Shown here: piece after piece, positions 21,577 through 31,468 of the stretch | Numbering within the stretch: the first letter of the stretch is position 1 | Layout: each line of letters starts with the position of its first letter | Assembly: GCA_965223295.1 (NCBI GenBank) | Contig: CBDCWC010000002.1 | Location: forward strand, 1,152,001-1,216,000 | Origin: Nitrospirales bacterium | GTDB lineage: Bacteria > Nitrospirota > Nitrospiria > Nitrospirales > UBA8639 | DNA: 64,000 bases | Direction of reading: 5' to 3' | The notes under the pieces: model-generated | What the model saw: the letters and a program-made list of their open reading frames with translations, nothing else | Told to the model about the DNA's origin: nothing | Database searches by the model: none | Made by a program: the position numbers and the translations under genes

Positions 21577-21942
21577 TTATTTAATCCCCAAAATTTTCAA
21601 CTTCTCCTGAATGACGTCTTTCGTAAAAGGCTTCATAACATATTCATTGGCCCCGGCTGCCAAAGCCTTACCCATTTGAGATGATTCTGTCTCTGTGGTC
21701 ACCATCATAAGCGGAAGCGTTCGATAAGTAGGATTGCCCCGAACAGCTCGAACGAACTCTAGGCCATTCATTTCTGGCATATTCCAATCAACCAAGACGA
21801 TATCTGGCTTCTGCATAGATTTAAGTTTTTCCAAACCTTCTTGCCCATTACCCGCTTCTTCCACCGTCGCACCCACAGACTGCAAAATCTGTTTTAAAAT
21901 AATTCTCATAGCTTTTGAATCATCGATCACTAACGCATGCAT
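21577..21942 (-). CDS. cheY: CheY (system 2)
   Basis: ALVIDDSKAMR, VDWNMPEMNG, MVTTE, YVMKPFT. Confidence 0.93.
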   Translation of the reverse strand: MHALVIDDSKAMRIILKQILQSVGATVEEAGNGQEGLEKLKSMQKPDIVLVDWNMPEMNGLEFVRAVRGNPTYRTLPLMMVTTETESSQMGKALAAGANEYVMKPFTKDVIQEKLKILGIK

Positions 21943-22036
21943 AGCTCCTCCTTTTATTCATCAACTGCATTCGTCAGGCGTAAAACATAAATCGCAGAAA
22001 ATCCTCCGTCTCAAGCTTTATGTTTCCCGCAATGTA

Positions 22037-24523
22037 TTAGGTGAGAGTGCTTACCACTTTTTGTAAGTCGGATGCCATTCTGGCCAATTCAGAAGACGCC
22101 TGATAGGTTTGTGTAGCACCATCGCTCGTCCCTCTGGCCGCATCGGCCACACTCACGATATTGCCGGCAATTTCCATACTGCCTTTTGAGGCCTCGGTCA
22201 CATTCCGCGCCATTTCATTCGTCGTCACGGTTTGCTCCTCCACCGCACTGGCAATAGTATTCATGTAATCATTAACCTGCTTAATAATGGTGGAAATTTC
22301 TTCAATCGCATCCACAGACCCTTTGGTATCCTCTTGGATCGTCTCGATCATGCAACTGATATTTTCCGTGGCCTTCGTGGTTTCTTTAGCCAATTCTTTG
22401 ACCTCATTGGCCACCACGGCAAAGCCTTTTCCAGCATCACCTGCCCGGGCAGCTTCGATTGTGGCATTCAAGGCTAAGAGATTCGTTTGCTCCGCAATCG
22501 TCGTAATCACCTTAATAATACTGCCAATCTCAGCACTACTTTGACCGAGTTTGGCCACTGTTGCATTCGTCGATTCAGCCACGTTTACCGCTTGGGCGGC
22601 TACTTTGGCTGCATCAGTCGTATTCTTAGCAATCTCCTGAATACTGGCCGTCATTTCTTCAGAACCAGTGGAGACTGACTGCACATTCTTACTGACTTGC
22701 TCAGCAGCCGCAGCCACCACATTGGCCTGACTCGAAGTTTCTTCGGCAGTGGAACCCATCGTGCTGCTTACAGATGTCAACTCTTCAGACGCACTAGCTA
22801 GATTCGTTCCAATTTGCGCAATTTCCTCGACGCCTTCCTGCAACCGCTTCGCCTGTTCACGTTCCCGATCCGAAGCCTCTTTGATTTCCTTTTCTTGTTT
22901 CAGCTTCGCGGTTATCACCTCCCACGTAGCCATAGCACCTAAATAAGTATTTTGTTCATCAAAAATCGCACTAACCTTAAGCTCCAAGACCTCTCCTCCC
23001 AATTCAATCTGAGCGTTATAGGGAAGATTTTTTGGATCTGACAACAGCTGCCGCTGATGTTGAGGATTCTTATGATAGGCATCAATACACGTCCCCACCA
23101 TTTGATCCACTTTCACAGGCAACTTGTCTTCAATCGTTTTCAAGGTTTTCTTTGAAGCGGGATTCATATACCGAAGCACAAGATCGAGATCCACAAACAT
23201 GACATTAATTGGTGCATTTTCCATCATATTTTTCACCCGTGCCATTTCTACATTGCTACTCTGGATCTCTTGGGCCATATGATTAAACGCTTCTCCTAAT
23301 TGCCCGATTTCATCACCAGAAGAAATGGTCACTCGGGCATCATAGTCCCCCGCCGCCATTTTCCCGGCTGCCTCTTGAATGACCTTGACTTGACCAGCAC
23401 CTTTTCGACCAATCCAAAGACCCATGGGTAGAATCAACACCAAACACCCCATAGCCACGATCATAACTTTTTGCATGAGTACTCGAGAGTCAGCAGTCGC
23501 TTCCTCCTCAGGTATTCTCACCAGCACAGCCCAATTCATACCTGGATAACCCAAAGCCCCTTTTAGATGGGTATAACCCGAGGCCTGGACAATTTTTTTT
23601 CTGGCATGAATGGCATTGGCATACCCGGTCCTGCCAGCAATAGCCTCTTGCGCAACCACAACACCTTTTTCTGCCAGATTGAGTTTTAGAACAACTTTGT
23701 CAAAATTATGATTGGGAGCTTCCTTCCCATGAACCATTGGGTCATAATCCACAATCACTCTTCCAACGGAATCAAGAAGAGTGATTTCAGCTCCTGGAAA
23801 GCCATTGGTTTTCAATTCTTGATACGAATCTCCGATAATTTCTTCCACTAAGCTAAACTTAGCCCGATTTGACCAATAGCCCAGGACTTCCCCATTAGCG
23901 TCATAAACAGGGGCGGAAAATCCTATGGTCATCCCCGGAACACCAGGATACGCCGTCATTACATCTTCATCGAAGTGAAGATCTTCAATGTATGTTCCCG
24001 TTGAACCTTTGTTTTCCTGAGCAGAAAAGGGAGTCGTGGTCGTAAATTGTTTTTTGGACAGCGCTTGGAACCAGGGCGTTTGACTATAATTTTTTTCAAA
24101 AAGAGGTTGGTAATTTATCGGCTTTCCCTGTGCATCATGATAATTGACAGCAATCAAATCACCCTTGGTATCCACAAATAACGTCAGATAGTAAATGCCA
24201 TAGGTCGTGATATACTTATCCATTAAAGGCGCCAAAACACTATGTTCAGAGGAGTCGTACCATCGGCTCACCCGTTGAACGGCATCATTCAAGGCAAACG
24301 CTTGGACATCCCCATATCGTTCAAATAGATTGCGGTCGATTTTGTCTGCGATCGCCATTGCCGTATTTTCGAACTGTTTTCCGACTTTGGCTTCCATATC
24401 TTGCCCAGTCTGCCAGGCCATGTAACCCAGGGCGATAATCGGTACTAAGCCAAACACACAAAATAAAATTGATAGCTTTGTGGCTAATCCCAAATTTCGT
24501 ACGTTCATCCAGTTCCCACCCAT
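22037..24523 (-). CDS. MCP: periplasmic Cache-like sensor, HAMP, cytoplasmic Aer2-type PAS, signalling domain
   Basis: [12 protein letters not shown] sensor; PAS NVMFVD...YMNPAS...YHKNPQHQR...[24 protein letters not shown]. Confidence 0.9.
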   Translation of the reverse strand: MGGNWMNVRNLGLATKLSILFCVFGLVPIIALGYMAWQTGQDMEAKVGKQFENTAMAIADKIDRNLFERYGDVQAFALNDAVQRVSRWYDSSEHSVLAPLMDKYITTYGIYYLTLFVDTKGDLIAVNYHDAQGKPINYQPLFEKNYSQTPWFQALSKKQFTTTTPFSAQENKGSTGTYIEDLHFDEDVMTAYPGVPGMTIGFSAPVYDANGEVLGYWSNRAKFSLVEEIIGDSYQELKTNGFPGAEITLLDSVGRVIVDYDPMVHGKEAPNHNFDKVVLKLNLAEKGVVVAQEAIAGRTGYANAIHARKKIVQASGYTHLKGALGYPGMNWAVLVRIPEEEATADSRVLMQKVMIVAMGCLVLILPMGLWIGRKGAGQVKVIQEAAGKMAAGDYDARVTISSGDEIGQLGEAFNHMAQEIQSSNVEMARVKNMMENAPINVMFVDLDLVLRYMNPASKKTLKTIEDKLPVKVDQMVGTCIDAYHKNPQHQRQLLSDPKNLPYNAQIELGGEVLELKVSAIFDEQNTYLGAMATWEVITAKLKQEKEIKEASDREREQAKRLQEGVEEIAQIGTNLASASEELTSVSSTMGSTAEETSSQANVVAAAAEQVSKNVQSVSTGSEEMTASIQEIAKNTTDAAKVAAQAVNVAESTNATVAKLGQSSAEIGSIIKVITTIAEQTNLLALNATIEAARAGDAGKGFAVVANEVKELAKETTKATENISCMIETIQEDTKGSVDAIEEISTIIKQVNDYMNTIASAVEEQTVTTNEMARNVTEASKGSMEIAGNIVSVADAARGTSDGATQTYQASSELARMASDLQKVVSTLT

Positions 24524-24610
24524 AATCTACACTCCTTGTTAAGTCAATCCTCCACGACCACCTTGTGATATCGATCTGTAGATTGTTGTTGAATGTCTTT
24601 CTGCAGAAGC

Positions 24611-25016
24611 CTATTCAGCTTCTTCCAGTATAATATTTTTAATGCCTGCAAACGCCTAGGCCTAACCTTGACAAACTTCTTTCGTCCAAGCCAGTCCGGA
24701 AAACTCTTTCAAAACAGCTAAGAAATTTTCTCCAACGGCCGCGTAATAGGCAGACATTGCGCCATACTCCACATGTTTGGCTCCCAATTCCAAGAAGGCT
24801 AGCTTCAGTTTTTCGGATTTCCGAAGATTACTAATGACTAAGACTAACGAGGCCAACAATTTCTTTTGTTGCTGTTTGATATTAGCCTTGGCAAATAATG
24901 GTCGAAACCTAGGGATATTTTTGGAAGAAGCGTTCATAAAACCTACCGACCAATTGTTCCCCTTTTGGTACAACCACTTGAAAACTTTTTTCGAGTGATT
25001 CAACCTTCAGACTCAT
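24611..25016 (-). pseudogene. Single-domain globin pseudogene (3 in-frame TAG stops and a +1 frameshift)
   Basis: Reconstructed: MSLKVESLEKSFQVVVPKGEQLVGRFYERFFQKYP*V/RPLFAKANIKQQQKKLLASLVLVISNLRKSEKLKLAFLELGAKHVEYG...WTKEVCQG*A*AFAGIKNIILEEAE; length 406 nt = 3n+1. Confidence 0.85.
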
Positions 25017-25066
25017 CAATCACCCTTCCCTTTCCCATGTCTTGCCTCGGTCACACCCGGACTCAT

Positions 25067-25525
25067 TTACGCCGCAGCCTCATCGTTGACTTTTCCACCG
25101 GAATCAGGCACACAAATCACTTTGGCCGTATCCAACACCAACAACAAACGCCCATCTAATTTATACACTCCAGTAATCACTTCCTTCACTTTGCCTTCAA
25201 TCGTTGAGGGAGGTGATTCCAACACATCGTCCGACACCTCCAAGACATCTCCAATTTCATCAACAAGAAGGCTTACGGCCCCTTCATCTGTTTGAATAAC
25301 CACATTCATGGGTTCCCAATTATCCCGATCAGACAGATCAAGTCGTCGCCGCAAATCAATGGCCGTCACAATTTGTCCGCGTAAATTAATCAACCCACGC
25401 ACCATAGACGAGGCCTGAGGCACCACCGTCATGATTTGCGATCGAATGACCTCTTGTACCTGAAGAACTTTGACCCCGAAAAAGAGTTGGTCAGCATAAA
25501 ATGTACAAAATTGTTGAGTAGCCAT
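25067..25525 (-). CDS. cheW: CheW (system 2)
   Basis: FGVKVLQVQEVI, GLINLRGQIVTAIDLR, LLVDEIGDV. Confidence 0.95.
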   Translation of the reverse strand: MATQQFCTFYADQLFFGVKVLQVQEVIRSQIMTVVPQASSMVRGLINLRGQIVTAIDLRRRLDLSDRDNWEPMNVVIQTDEGAVSLLVDEIGDVLEVSDDVLESPPSTIEGKVKEVITGVYKLDGRLLLVLDTAKVICVPDSGGKVNDEAAA

Positions 25526-25528
25526 ACG

Positions 25529-28426
25529 TTACACTCCTACGCAATCCGCCGCTTCAAGCTCAGCTTCGCTCAACTGTGTTTTCTGCCAGACCGATTCGAT
25601 ATCGAGTAAATCTGTTACCCGATCTTGCACCACGGCCGAGCCTAAAATACCTGGCTGATCAGAACGTGTGAGAGGCCCCAGCGAAACATCCACAATGTCC
25701 ATGATTCGATCCACCATAATGCCGACTTGACGTTCCTTAGATCTCACCACAACCATTTGAAACGTTCCCGACTGTTCTTCAGTTTCGAAACCACAGGCTG
25801 CTAACATTGAACTGAGACGAAATACGGGTAGAATGGTTCCCCTATATTGCACTACTTCATGGCCTCCAGCGACCTCTTTCACCTTCTCCTGCATCTCCTC
25901 CAACCGAGCAATATGCGACACGGGGATCCCCACGCGTCCCTGACTACCGACTTGGACCAGGAGAAGAGTCTGAAGGGTATGCTCCGCATTTGTTGAGCCA
26001 TTCATAGCTTCACTGTCAGACTGAACTTTATCACCATCTCTCAGGTTGGCCTTTTGTACAAGACCCAGAACATCCAAAATTAAGGCCACTTTCCCATCCC
26101 CCATAATCGTCGCTCCAGCAAAGATGGGAATACCCTTGAGTTGTTTGCTTAACGGTTTCACCACAATTTCTTCCGTATCATTGACCTCATCAACCACCAG
26201 ACCAAACCGCCGCCCATCATCTTGCAAAACCACAATGTTTGATGCTATCGAGCTCATGTCGTCTTCCTCCTCGGAATAAGGTTGTGTTCCGAGATTGATC
26301 ACTTTATTGAGGTACACCAACGGTAGAAGCTGTCCACGTAATCTATAGACCGGGGCCCCCTGAATATACTCAATATTCTGCACGCCATTTTCTCCATCCA
26401 CCCGTACCAGTTCCAACAAACTGGCCTGAGGAATCGCAAAACGCTCTCCTGCTGACGTCACAATCAATGCAGGAATAATCGCCAAGGTCAGGGGCACTTT
26501 CAGCTTGAAGGTGCTCCCATGGCCTGGGGCAGAAGAAATATCAATGGTACCTCCAATTTTTTCGATATTGGTTTTGACCACATCCATCCCTACACCCCGT
26601 CCTGAAACATTAGTAACTTTTTCTGCAGTGGAGAATCCCGATTGAAAGATTAAGCCCAAGAGTTCTCGCTCTGACATCTTCGAGACTTGCTCTGCAGTCG
26701 TTACTCCTTTTTTGATGGCAATCTCCACCACGCGGTCGACATTTATCCCCCCACCATCATCAGTAATCTCAATATTCACTTGCCCACCTTCATGGTAAGC
26801 TCGAAGCAACAAGAGCCCTTCTCGAGGTTTGCCACGTTCCTCTCGAATAGCCGGAATTTCGATTCCATGATCCACAGAGTTTCGGACCAAATGGGTTAGG
26901 GGATCTTTAATGGCCTCAATCAAAGTCTTATCAAGCTCTGTATCTTTTCCTTCCATTTCGAGCCGAATTTCTTTTCCAAGGGTTGGAGCTAAATCTCTCA
27001 CGACTCGAGGAAACTTACTCCAAATATTGCCAATTTGCTGCATTCGTGTTTTCATGATGCCTTCTTGGAGCTCCGTGGTAATCAAACTCAGCCGCTGTGA
27101 GGCATGTAATAGAGAAGGATCTTCCAATTTTGACAACCCTTGCCCAATTTGATTCCGCGTCAAGACCAATTCACCCACCATATTCATTAGCTTGTCGAGT
27201 AACCCAACATCCACCCGAATGGAGGATTCTGCAGCTGAAGGACCCTTGACATCTGCTGCTGCAGTAGGCGCAGCGTTCGTTTTTTTCACAGAAGATTGGG
27301 GTGGAGAAACAGGTACCTCTTTGACCTCGGCTGCCGATGTTTCCACACCTGTCAATTGCTCCTGGCTCTTGTCAGAAACTTCAGCCGCTTTTGGAACAGA
27401 TTCTGGAGAACTCACTGATGGACCAGGCTTTTCTGTGGCCGACGGAGGCATTTCCCCCTTTTGCAGAGCCACTAATATATTCTTGAGATCTTGATATTCA
27501 TTCGTCCCATCATTTCCCGTTTGTTCTATAGCCCCCAACATTTGCCGAACGGCATCCACCATCTTGAACAGAGCGCTGACAACATCATTCGTGAGGGCTC
27601 GCTCACCATCACGCGCTAAACTCAAGAGCGTTTCGCCTGTATGGGCCAAACCCTCAAGCTTGGAATATCCTAAAAAGGAACAAGTCCCTTTGATGGTATG
27701 AATCGCGCGGAAAATCCTGGCGAGTGCTCCCTCTTGGTTAGGATGCCCTTCTAGATCAACGAGATCTTGTTCAACGGCACTAAGATTTTCGTCGCTTTCG
27801 ACTAAAAACTCTTGTACGGCCACATCCATTTCACCCATATCTGCAGCCGGCCCAGCATTCGTGTGTTCCACAAAAGGTTGCGGTTGGAAGGCAGTTTCCA
27901 TCTTGCTCTCGAATGCTAATTTTTCCCCACAAATCGATAGATCCTGGTCATGGGCAGGAACGCCACCAACTTTTTGCGGGTCAAGAGGAGAAGGGGATGA
28001 GGCCGTGACCTCAAACACTTCGGTCGGCGCAGAAAAAGGTTCGCCCTTTTGCAGCGCAATCAACACATTCTTGAGGTCTTCATAGTCTTCCGTACCATCA
28101 TTTCCCGTTTGTTCTATAGCCCCCAACATTTGCCGAACGGCATCCACCATTTTAAGCAGAGCGCTGACAACATCATTCGTGAGGGCCCGCTCACCATCAC
28201 GCACCAAGCTCAGGAGCGTTTCCCCTGTGTGAGCCAGCCTTTCTAATTTTGAATAACCTAAGAAGGAACAGGTCCCCTTAATCGTATGAATGGCTCGAAA
28301 AATACTCGCTAAGGTTTCTTCCTGGGCAGGATGTCCTTCTATATCAACAAGATCCTGTTCTACTGCACTTAGATTTTCATCACTCTCGACTAAAAACTCT
28401 TGTATCGCGGCATCCATTTCACTCAT
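25529..28426 (-). CDS. cheA: CheA (system 2) with two tandem Hpt domains and two CheW domains; start probably ATG 28426
   Basis: IFRAIHTIKG twice; HLVRNSVDHG; SGRGVGMDVV; two C-terminal CheW-like domains. Confidence 0.95.
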   Translation of the reverse strand: MSEMDAAIQEFLVESDENLSAVEQDLVDIEGHPAQEETLASIFRAIHTIKGTCSFLGYSKLERLAHTGETLLSLVRDGERALTNDVVSALLKMVDAVRQMLGAIEQTGNDGTEDYEDLKNVLIALQKGEPFSAPTEVFEVTASSPSPLDPQKVGGVPAHDQDLSICGEKLAFESKMETAFQPQPFVEHTNAGPAADMGEMDVAVQEFLVESDENLSAVEQDLVDLEGHPNQEGALARIFRAIHTIKGTCSFLGYSKLEGLAHTGETLLSLARDGERALTNDVVSALFKMVDAVRQMLGAIEQTGNDGTNEYQDLKNILVALQKGEMPPSATEKPGPSVSSPESVPKAAEVSDKSQEQLTGVETSAAEVKEVPVSPPQSSVKKTNAAPTAAADVKGPSAAESSIRVDVGLLDKLMNMVGELVLTRNQIGQGLSKLEDPSLLHASQRLSLITTELQEGIMKTRMQQIGNIWSKFPRVVRDLAPTLGKEIRLEMEGKDTELDKTLIEAIKDPLTHLVRNSVDHGIEIPAIREERGKPREGLLLLRAYHEGGQVNIEITDDGGGINVDRVVEIAIKKGVTTAEQVSKMSERELLGLIFQSGFSTAEKVTNVSGRGVGMDVVKTNIEKIGGTIDISSAPGHGSTFKLKVPLTLAIIPALIVTSAGERFAIPQASLLELVRVDGENGVQNIEYIQGAPVYRLRGQLLPLVYLNKVINLGTQPYSEEEDDMSSIASNIVVLQDDGRRFGLVVDEVNDTEEIVVKPLSKQLKGIPIFAGATIMGDGKVALILDVLGLVQKANLRDGDKVQSDSEAMNGSTNAEHTLQTLLLVQVGSQGRVGIPVSHIARLEEMQEKVKEVAGGHEVVQYRGTILPVFRLSSMLAACGFETEEQSGTFQMVVVRSKERQVGIMVDRIMDIVDVSLGPLTRSDQPGILGSAVVQDRVTDLLDIESVWQKTQLSEAELEAADCVGV
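27461..28426. repeat. Intragenic direct repeat of the Hpt domain (~375 nt, offset 588 nt)
   Basis: Copies at ~27461-27838 and ~28049-28426; 56-nt identical block at 27507-27562 and 28095-28150. Confidence 0.9.
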
Positions 28427-28464
28427 ATCACAATCCCTTTTGGCCGATCTTATGAAAGCGACTC

Positions 28465-29442
28465 TCACAAAATAGTTTCGGCTGACTCACTCGATATCAT
28501 CTGCCATTCTAGTGCCTGTTCACGAAGGGCTCCCAATTGTCGCACCACCTTCTCCAACCGTTGCCGTGATATATCTTGAAATTGCATCGACATCACGATG
28601 TCGGTCACTAGATTGGCATGTTTTTGAGCCGATTCCGTGGCATGGAGAACACCTTCTTCCAGTTTCGTACTTTTAGTTTCTAGAATTTTGGTGATCTCCC
28701 CAACTCGCTCACGCGTCGTGAGAGCACCAGTCAAGTCGATCGAAGAGAAACCTTGCAGTGCAGTAATGGCCTTTTCTGTACTGGCATTTACGGCTTGAAC
28801 AACGCCTTGGATATTGGCTGCAGCGACTCGTGATCGATTGGCCAGCTTTGCAACTTCTTCAGCCACCACGGCAAACCCTCGACCAGCTTCTTTTGCCCGA
28901 GCCGCTTCAATGGCCGCATTGAGAGCTAACAAACGGGTTTGATCGGCAATGAATTCAATTTCTTCCAACAAGGGAGTGATACGCTGAGTACTGCTCTCAA
29001 CATCCTCAACAACCATGGCCACATCCATTCCCAATTGCGAGAACTCCACTACACTTTGCGCGAATGTACTAATAATGAGATTTGTTTCATCTAACAACGA
29101 TGTATCAGTTTGACCATGGCCTTCAGGAGGGCTTTGAAATTGGGAGGCGGTCACATTAGCGTCCTGAATGGCACCATCGGTAATCTCTTGGAACCGGCAA
29201 ATCAATTCGATCACGGCTTCTTCCACAATATTCACTACCTCTTGGATTTGCGTCACCGAATCGTCAATGACCGGATTCAATATCTCGGCATCCTGCCGAC
29301 GAGTTTCAGCCTGTACTCTGGACTCAATCTCCTGGATCAGTTCTTGAACATGCTGAGGCCACACATTCTGACGCAGCCAATACATGGCCCCACCAGCTCC
29401 TAGAGCGATGCCGAGACCGAGGTACATGATGTCAACAAGCAT
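28465..29442 (-). CDS. Short MCP-like protein (N-terminal TM, signalling hairpin, QFQDxxRQ tail); start uncertain (29442 vs 29520)
   Basis: [31 protein letters not shown]. Confidence 0.82.
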   Translation of the reverse strand: MLVDIMYLGLGIALGAGGAMYWLRQNVWPQHVQELIQEIESRVQAETRRQDAEILNPVIDDSVTQIQEVVNIVEEAVIELICRFQEITDGAIQDANVTASQFQSPPEGHGQTDTSLLDETNLIISTFAQSVVEFSQLGMDVAMVVEDVESSTQRITPLLEEIEFIADQTRLLALNAAIEAARAKEAGRGFAVVAEEVAKLANRSRVAAANIQGVVQAVNASTEKAITALQGFSSIDLTGALTTRERVGEITKILETKSTKLEEGVLHATESAQKHANLVTDIVMSMQFQDISRQRLEKVVRQLGALREQALEWQMISSESAETIL

Positions 29443-29562
29443 CAGTTTCCTGCTATTCCAATTTTGGTGCATGACCTTTGGCAAATGCCGAAGGCAATCA
29501 AATCGTGTGTGTGCTATCACACCTAGTTCAGAAGAATATTTCGGTTCACTTTATATAGATCT

Positions 29563-30630
29563 TTAAGGATGGGAGAGCATATTTAGATGGGTAAGAATAG
29601 CCGAAGGAATATCATTCAACGGCAGAATCTTATCAACGCCACCAGCTTTGATGGCTTCCTTAGGCATCCCAAATACCACACAGGAGGCTTCGTCCTGCGC
29701 TAGATTAAAGGCACCCGCCTTTTTCATGTCCAACATGCCGGCTGCCCCGTCATTTCCCATACCCGTTAAAATCACTCCAACACTGTTCGCCCCAGCAAAT
29801 TTCGCCACTGATTGAAACATGGGGTCCACAGCCGGCCGATGACGATTGACGGGTGGTTCTTGATTCAAGGTCACGTAATAGCGTGCTCCGCTTCGCCTCA
29901 ACTCCATATGATAGTTTCCGGGAGCCAACAAAGCCTGGCCCGGCAACACACTGTCCCCTTCTTGTGCTTCCTTGACTCCTATTTGACAAAGTTCATTCAA
30001 CCGATCCGCAAAGGTTTTCGTAAATCGTTCTGGCATATGTTGCGTCATGAGAATTGGAGGAGTATTGGGTGGCAACACCTCCAACATCTCACGAAGGGCT
30101 TCCGTTCCGCCAGTTGAAGAGCCAATAGCAATAATCGTATCGGTCGTTTTGATCATGGCAGACTGCTGCGCTAGGGCTTTAATGCGGTCTGCGCAATCTG
30201 CTGGCGGGGTTCGTTTTTTCACTGTCGCTTGAGCGGCGGCTTTTACCTTACTCGTAATTTGTTGAGCGAGATCCTCTAGTCCGTGCTGAATATCCACCGT
30301 TGGCTTGGTCACGAAATCCACGGCACCCGCTTCTAAGGCTTGCATCGTCGTGGCCGCACCTTTATCAGTTAGCGAACTTACCATCACCACAGGCATCGGA
30401 CGAGCTGCCATAAGTTTGTGCAGAAAGGTCAACCCATCCATTTTGGGCATTTCTACATCCAATGTCAGAACATCCGGCGCCAATGTTTTGATCTTGTCGC
30501 GTGCAGCATAGGGATCCGGCGCTGCCCCGATGACTTCAATCTCAGAATCCTGTGAAAGAATTTCAGTCATCACGCCACGAATCAACGCGGAATCATCAAC
30601 AATCAACACTCGAATCTTCCCGTCACTCAT
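29563..30630 (-). CDS. cheB: CheB methylesterase (system 3)
   Basis: REC plus GSSTGGTEAL, TQHMP, LTGMGNDGA. Confidence 0.96.
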   Translation of the reverse strand: MSDGKIRVLIVDDSALIRGVMTEILSQDSEIEVIGAAPDPYAARDKIKTLAPDVLTLDVEMPKMDGLTFLHKLMAARPMPVVMVSSLTDKGAATTMQALEAGAVDFVTKPTVDIQHGLEDLAQQITSKVKAAAQATVKKRTPPADCADRIKALAQQSAMIKTTDTIIAIGSSTGGTEALREMLEVLPPNTPPILMTQHMPERFTKTFADRLNELCQIGVKEAQEGDSVLPGQALLAPGNYHMELRRSGARYYVTLNQEPPVNRHRPAVDPMFQSVAKFAGANSVGVILTGMGNDGAAGMLDMKKAGAFNLAQDEASCVVFGMPKEAIKAGGVDKILPLNDIPSAILTHLNMLSHP

Positions 30631-30645
30631 ATCCCCTCCCTAAAT

Positions 30646-30730
30646 CGTGAAAAGTAAGAAAGGAGAAGTCAGAAGAAAAAAGATCTGAACTCTTTGCTTG
30701 TCTCATACCTCTCACTTCTAACTTTGACCT
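30646..30730. repeat. Heptamer inverted-repeat element (cheD|cheB)
   Basis: CGTGAAA AGTAAGA AAGGAGA AGTCAGA AGAAAAA ... ACCTCTC ACTTCTA ACTTTG. Confidence 0.7.
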
Positions 30731-30736
30731 TATATC

Positions 30737-31342
30737 TTAAAAAAGAGTTACCTCGGACTGCGCAGGAGCCTGTTGCAGCTTTGCTCGGTATTGCCCCTCC
30801 TCCTCCGCAATAGTTTTCGCAACGACCCGATCAAGCTTCTTTAACAACACTTTTCCGGAATCGGTAAAAAAATACACTTTCCGTGGACACACATCCCCCA
30901 CATTAGCTTTCACGAGCGAAAGCCCCTCTTGCTCCAGAAAGGCTAAGGCCCACGCCGCATTTTTCGCTCCAATATCGATGGTTCCATCATAAATTTTCCC
31001 TCCCCCAAACACTTTGGCTTCCAACCTGTCCTTTTTTCCTCCACGCTTGAGAATGTCATTAATCAACATTTCCATCGCAAAACTTCCATAGCGGCCAGAT
31101 TCGGCCCAGTTATCATGGCCATCGGTTTTGGAGGGCGCGGCTAACATGAAATGATTCATACCTCCGACGTTAACCAATGGATCCCGCAAACAAACTGATA
31201 TGCAGGAACCCAATACCGTATACACCACTTTAGGCTCTTCGCTTACAAAATATTCGCCTGGCAAAATCACCGCGACTTCATAGGGAAAGCGGGTATCTTG
31301 AATCCGGCGGATATGCCCAAATTCCATGTTGGTTGCCGACAT
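30737..31342 (-). CDS. cheD: CheD receptor glutamine deamidase
   Basis: TVLGSCISVCL, GGMNHFML, AKVFGGG, IGAKN. Confidence 0.95.
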   Translation of the reverse strand: MSATNMEFGHIRRIQDTRFPYEVAVILPGEYFVSEEPKVVYTVLGSCISVCLRDPLVNVGGMNHFMLAAPSKTDGHDNWAESGRYGSFAMEMLINDILKRGGKKDRLEAKVFGGGKIYDGTIDIGAKNAAWALAFLEQEGLSLVKANVGDVCPRKVYFFTDSGKVLLKKLDRVVAKTIAEEEGQYRAKLQQAPAQSEVTLF

Positions 31343-31352
31343 AAATTTTTAT

Positions 31353-31463
31353 AGTAAGGAGTGAAGAGTAAGGGGTAAGGAGCAAAAGGAAACAGAAGAA
31401 TCGTTCAAGTATCTACTCCTTACTACTCACTCCTAACTCCTGACTACTTACCTCTTACCACTC
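31353..31463. repeat. Heptamer inverted-repeat element (cheR|cheD); clearest copy
   Basis: AGTAAGG AGTGAAG AGTAAGG GGTAAGG AGCAAAA (31353-87) ... ACTCCTT ACTACTC ACTCCTA ACTCCTG ACTACTT ACCTCTT ACCACTC (31415-63). Confidence 0.9.
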
Positions 31464-31468
31464 TTGGG

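Noticed and set aside
24611-25016. Amber recoding to rescue the globin, since all three premature stops are TAG
   Set aside because: TAG terminates ordinary genes here (e.g. cheB at 3096, cheA at 9676), the stops align to different expected residues (Glu-like and Trp), and a frameshift is also present
31353-31463. Heptamer arrays as a CRISPR array
   Set aside because: Units are 7 nt, tandem and degenerate, with no unique spacers; no cas genes in the window
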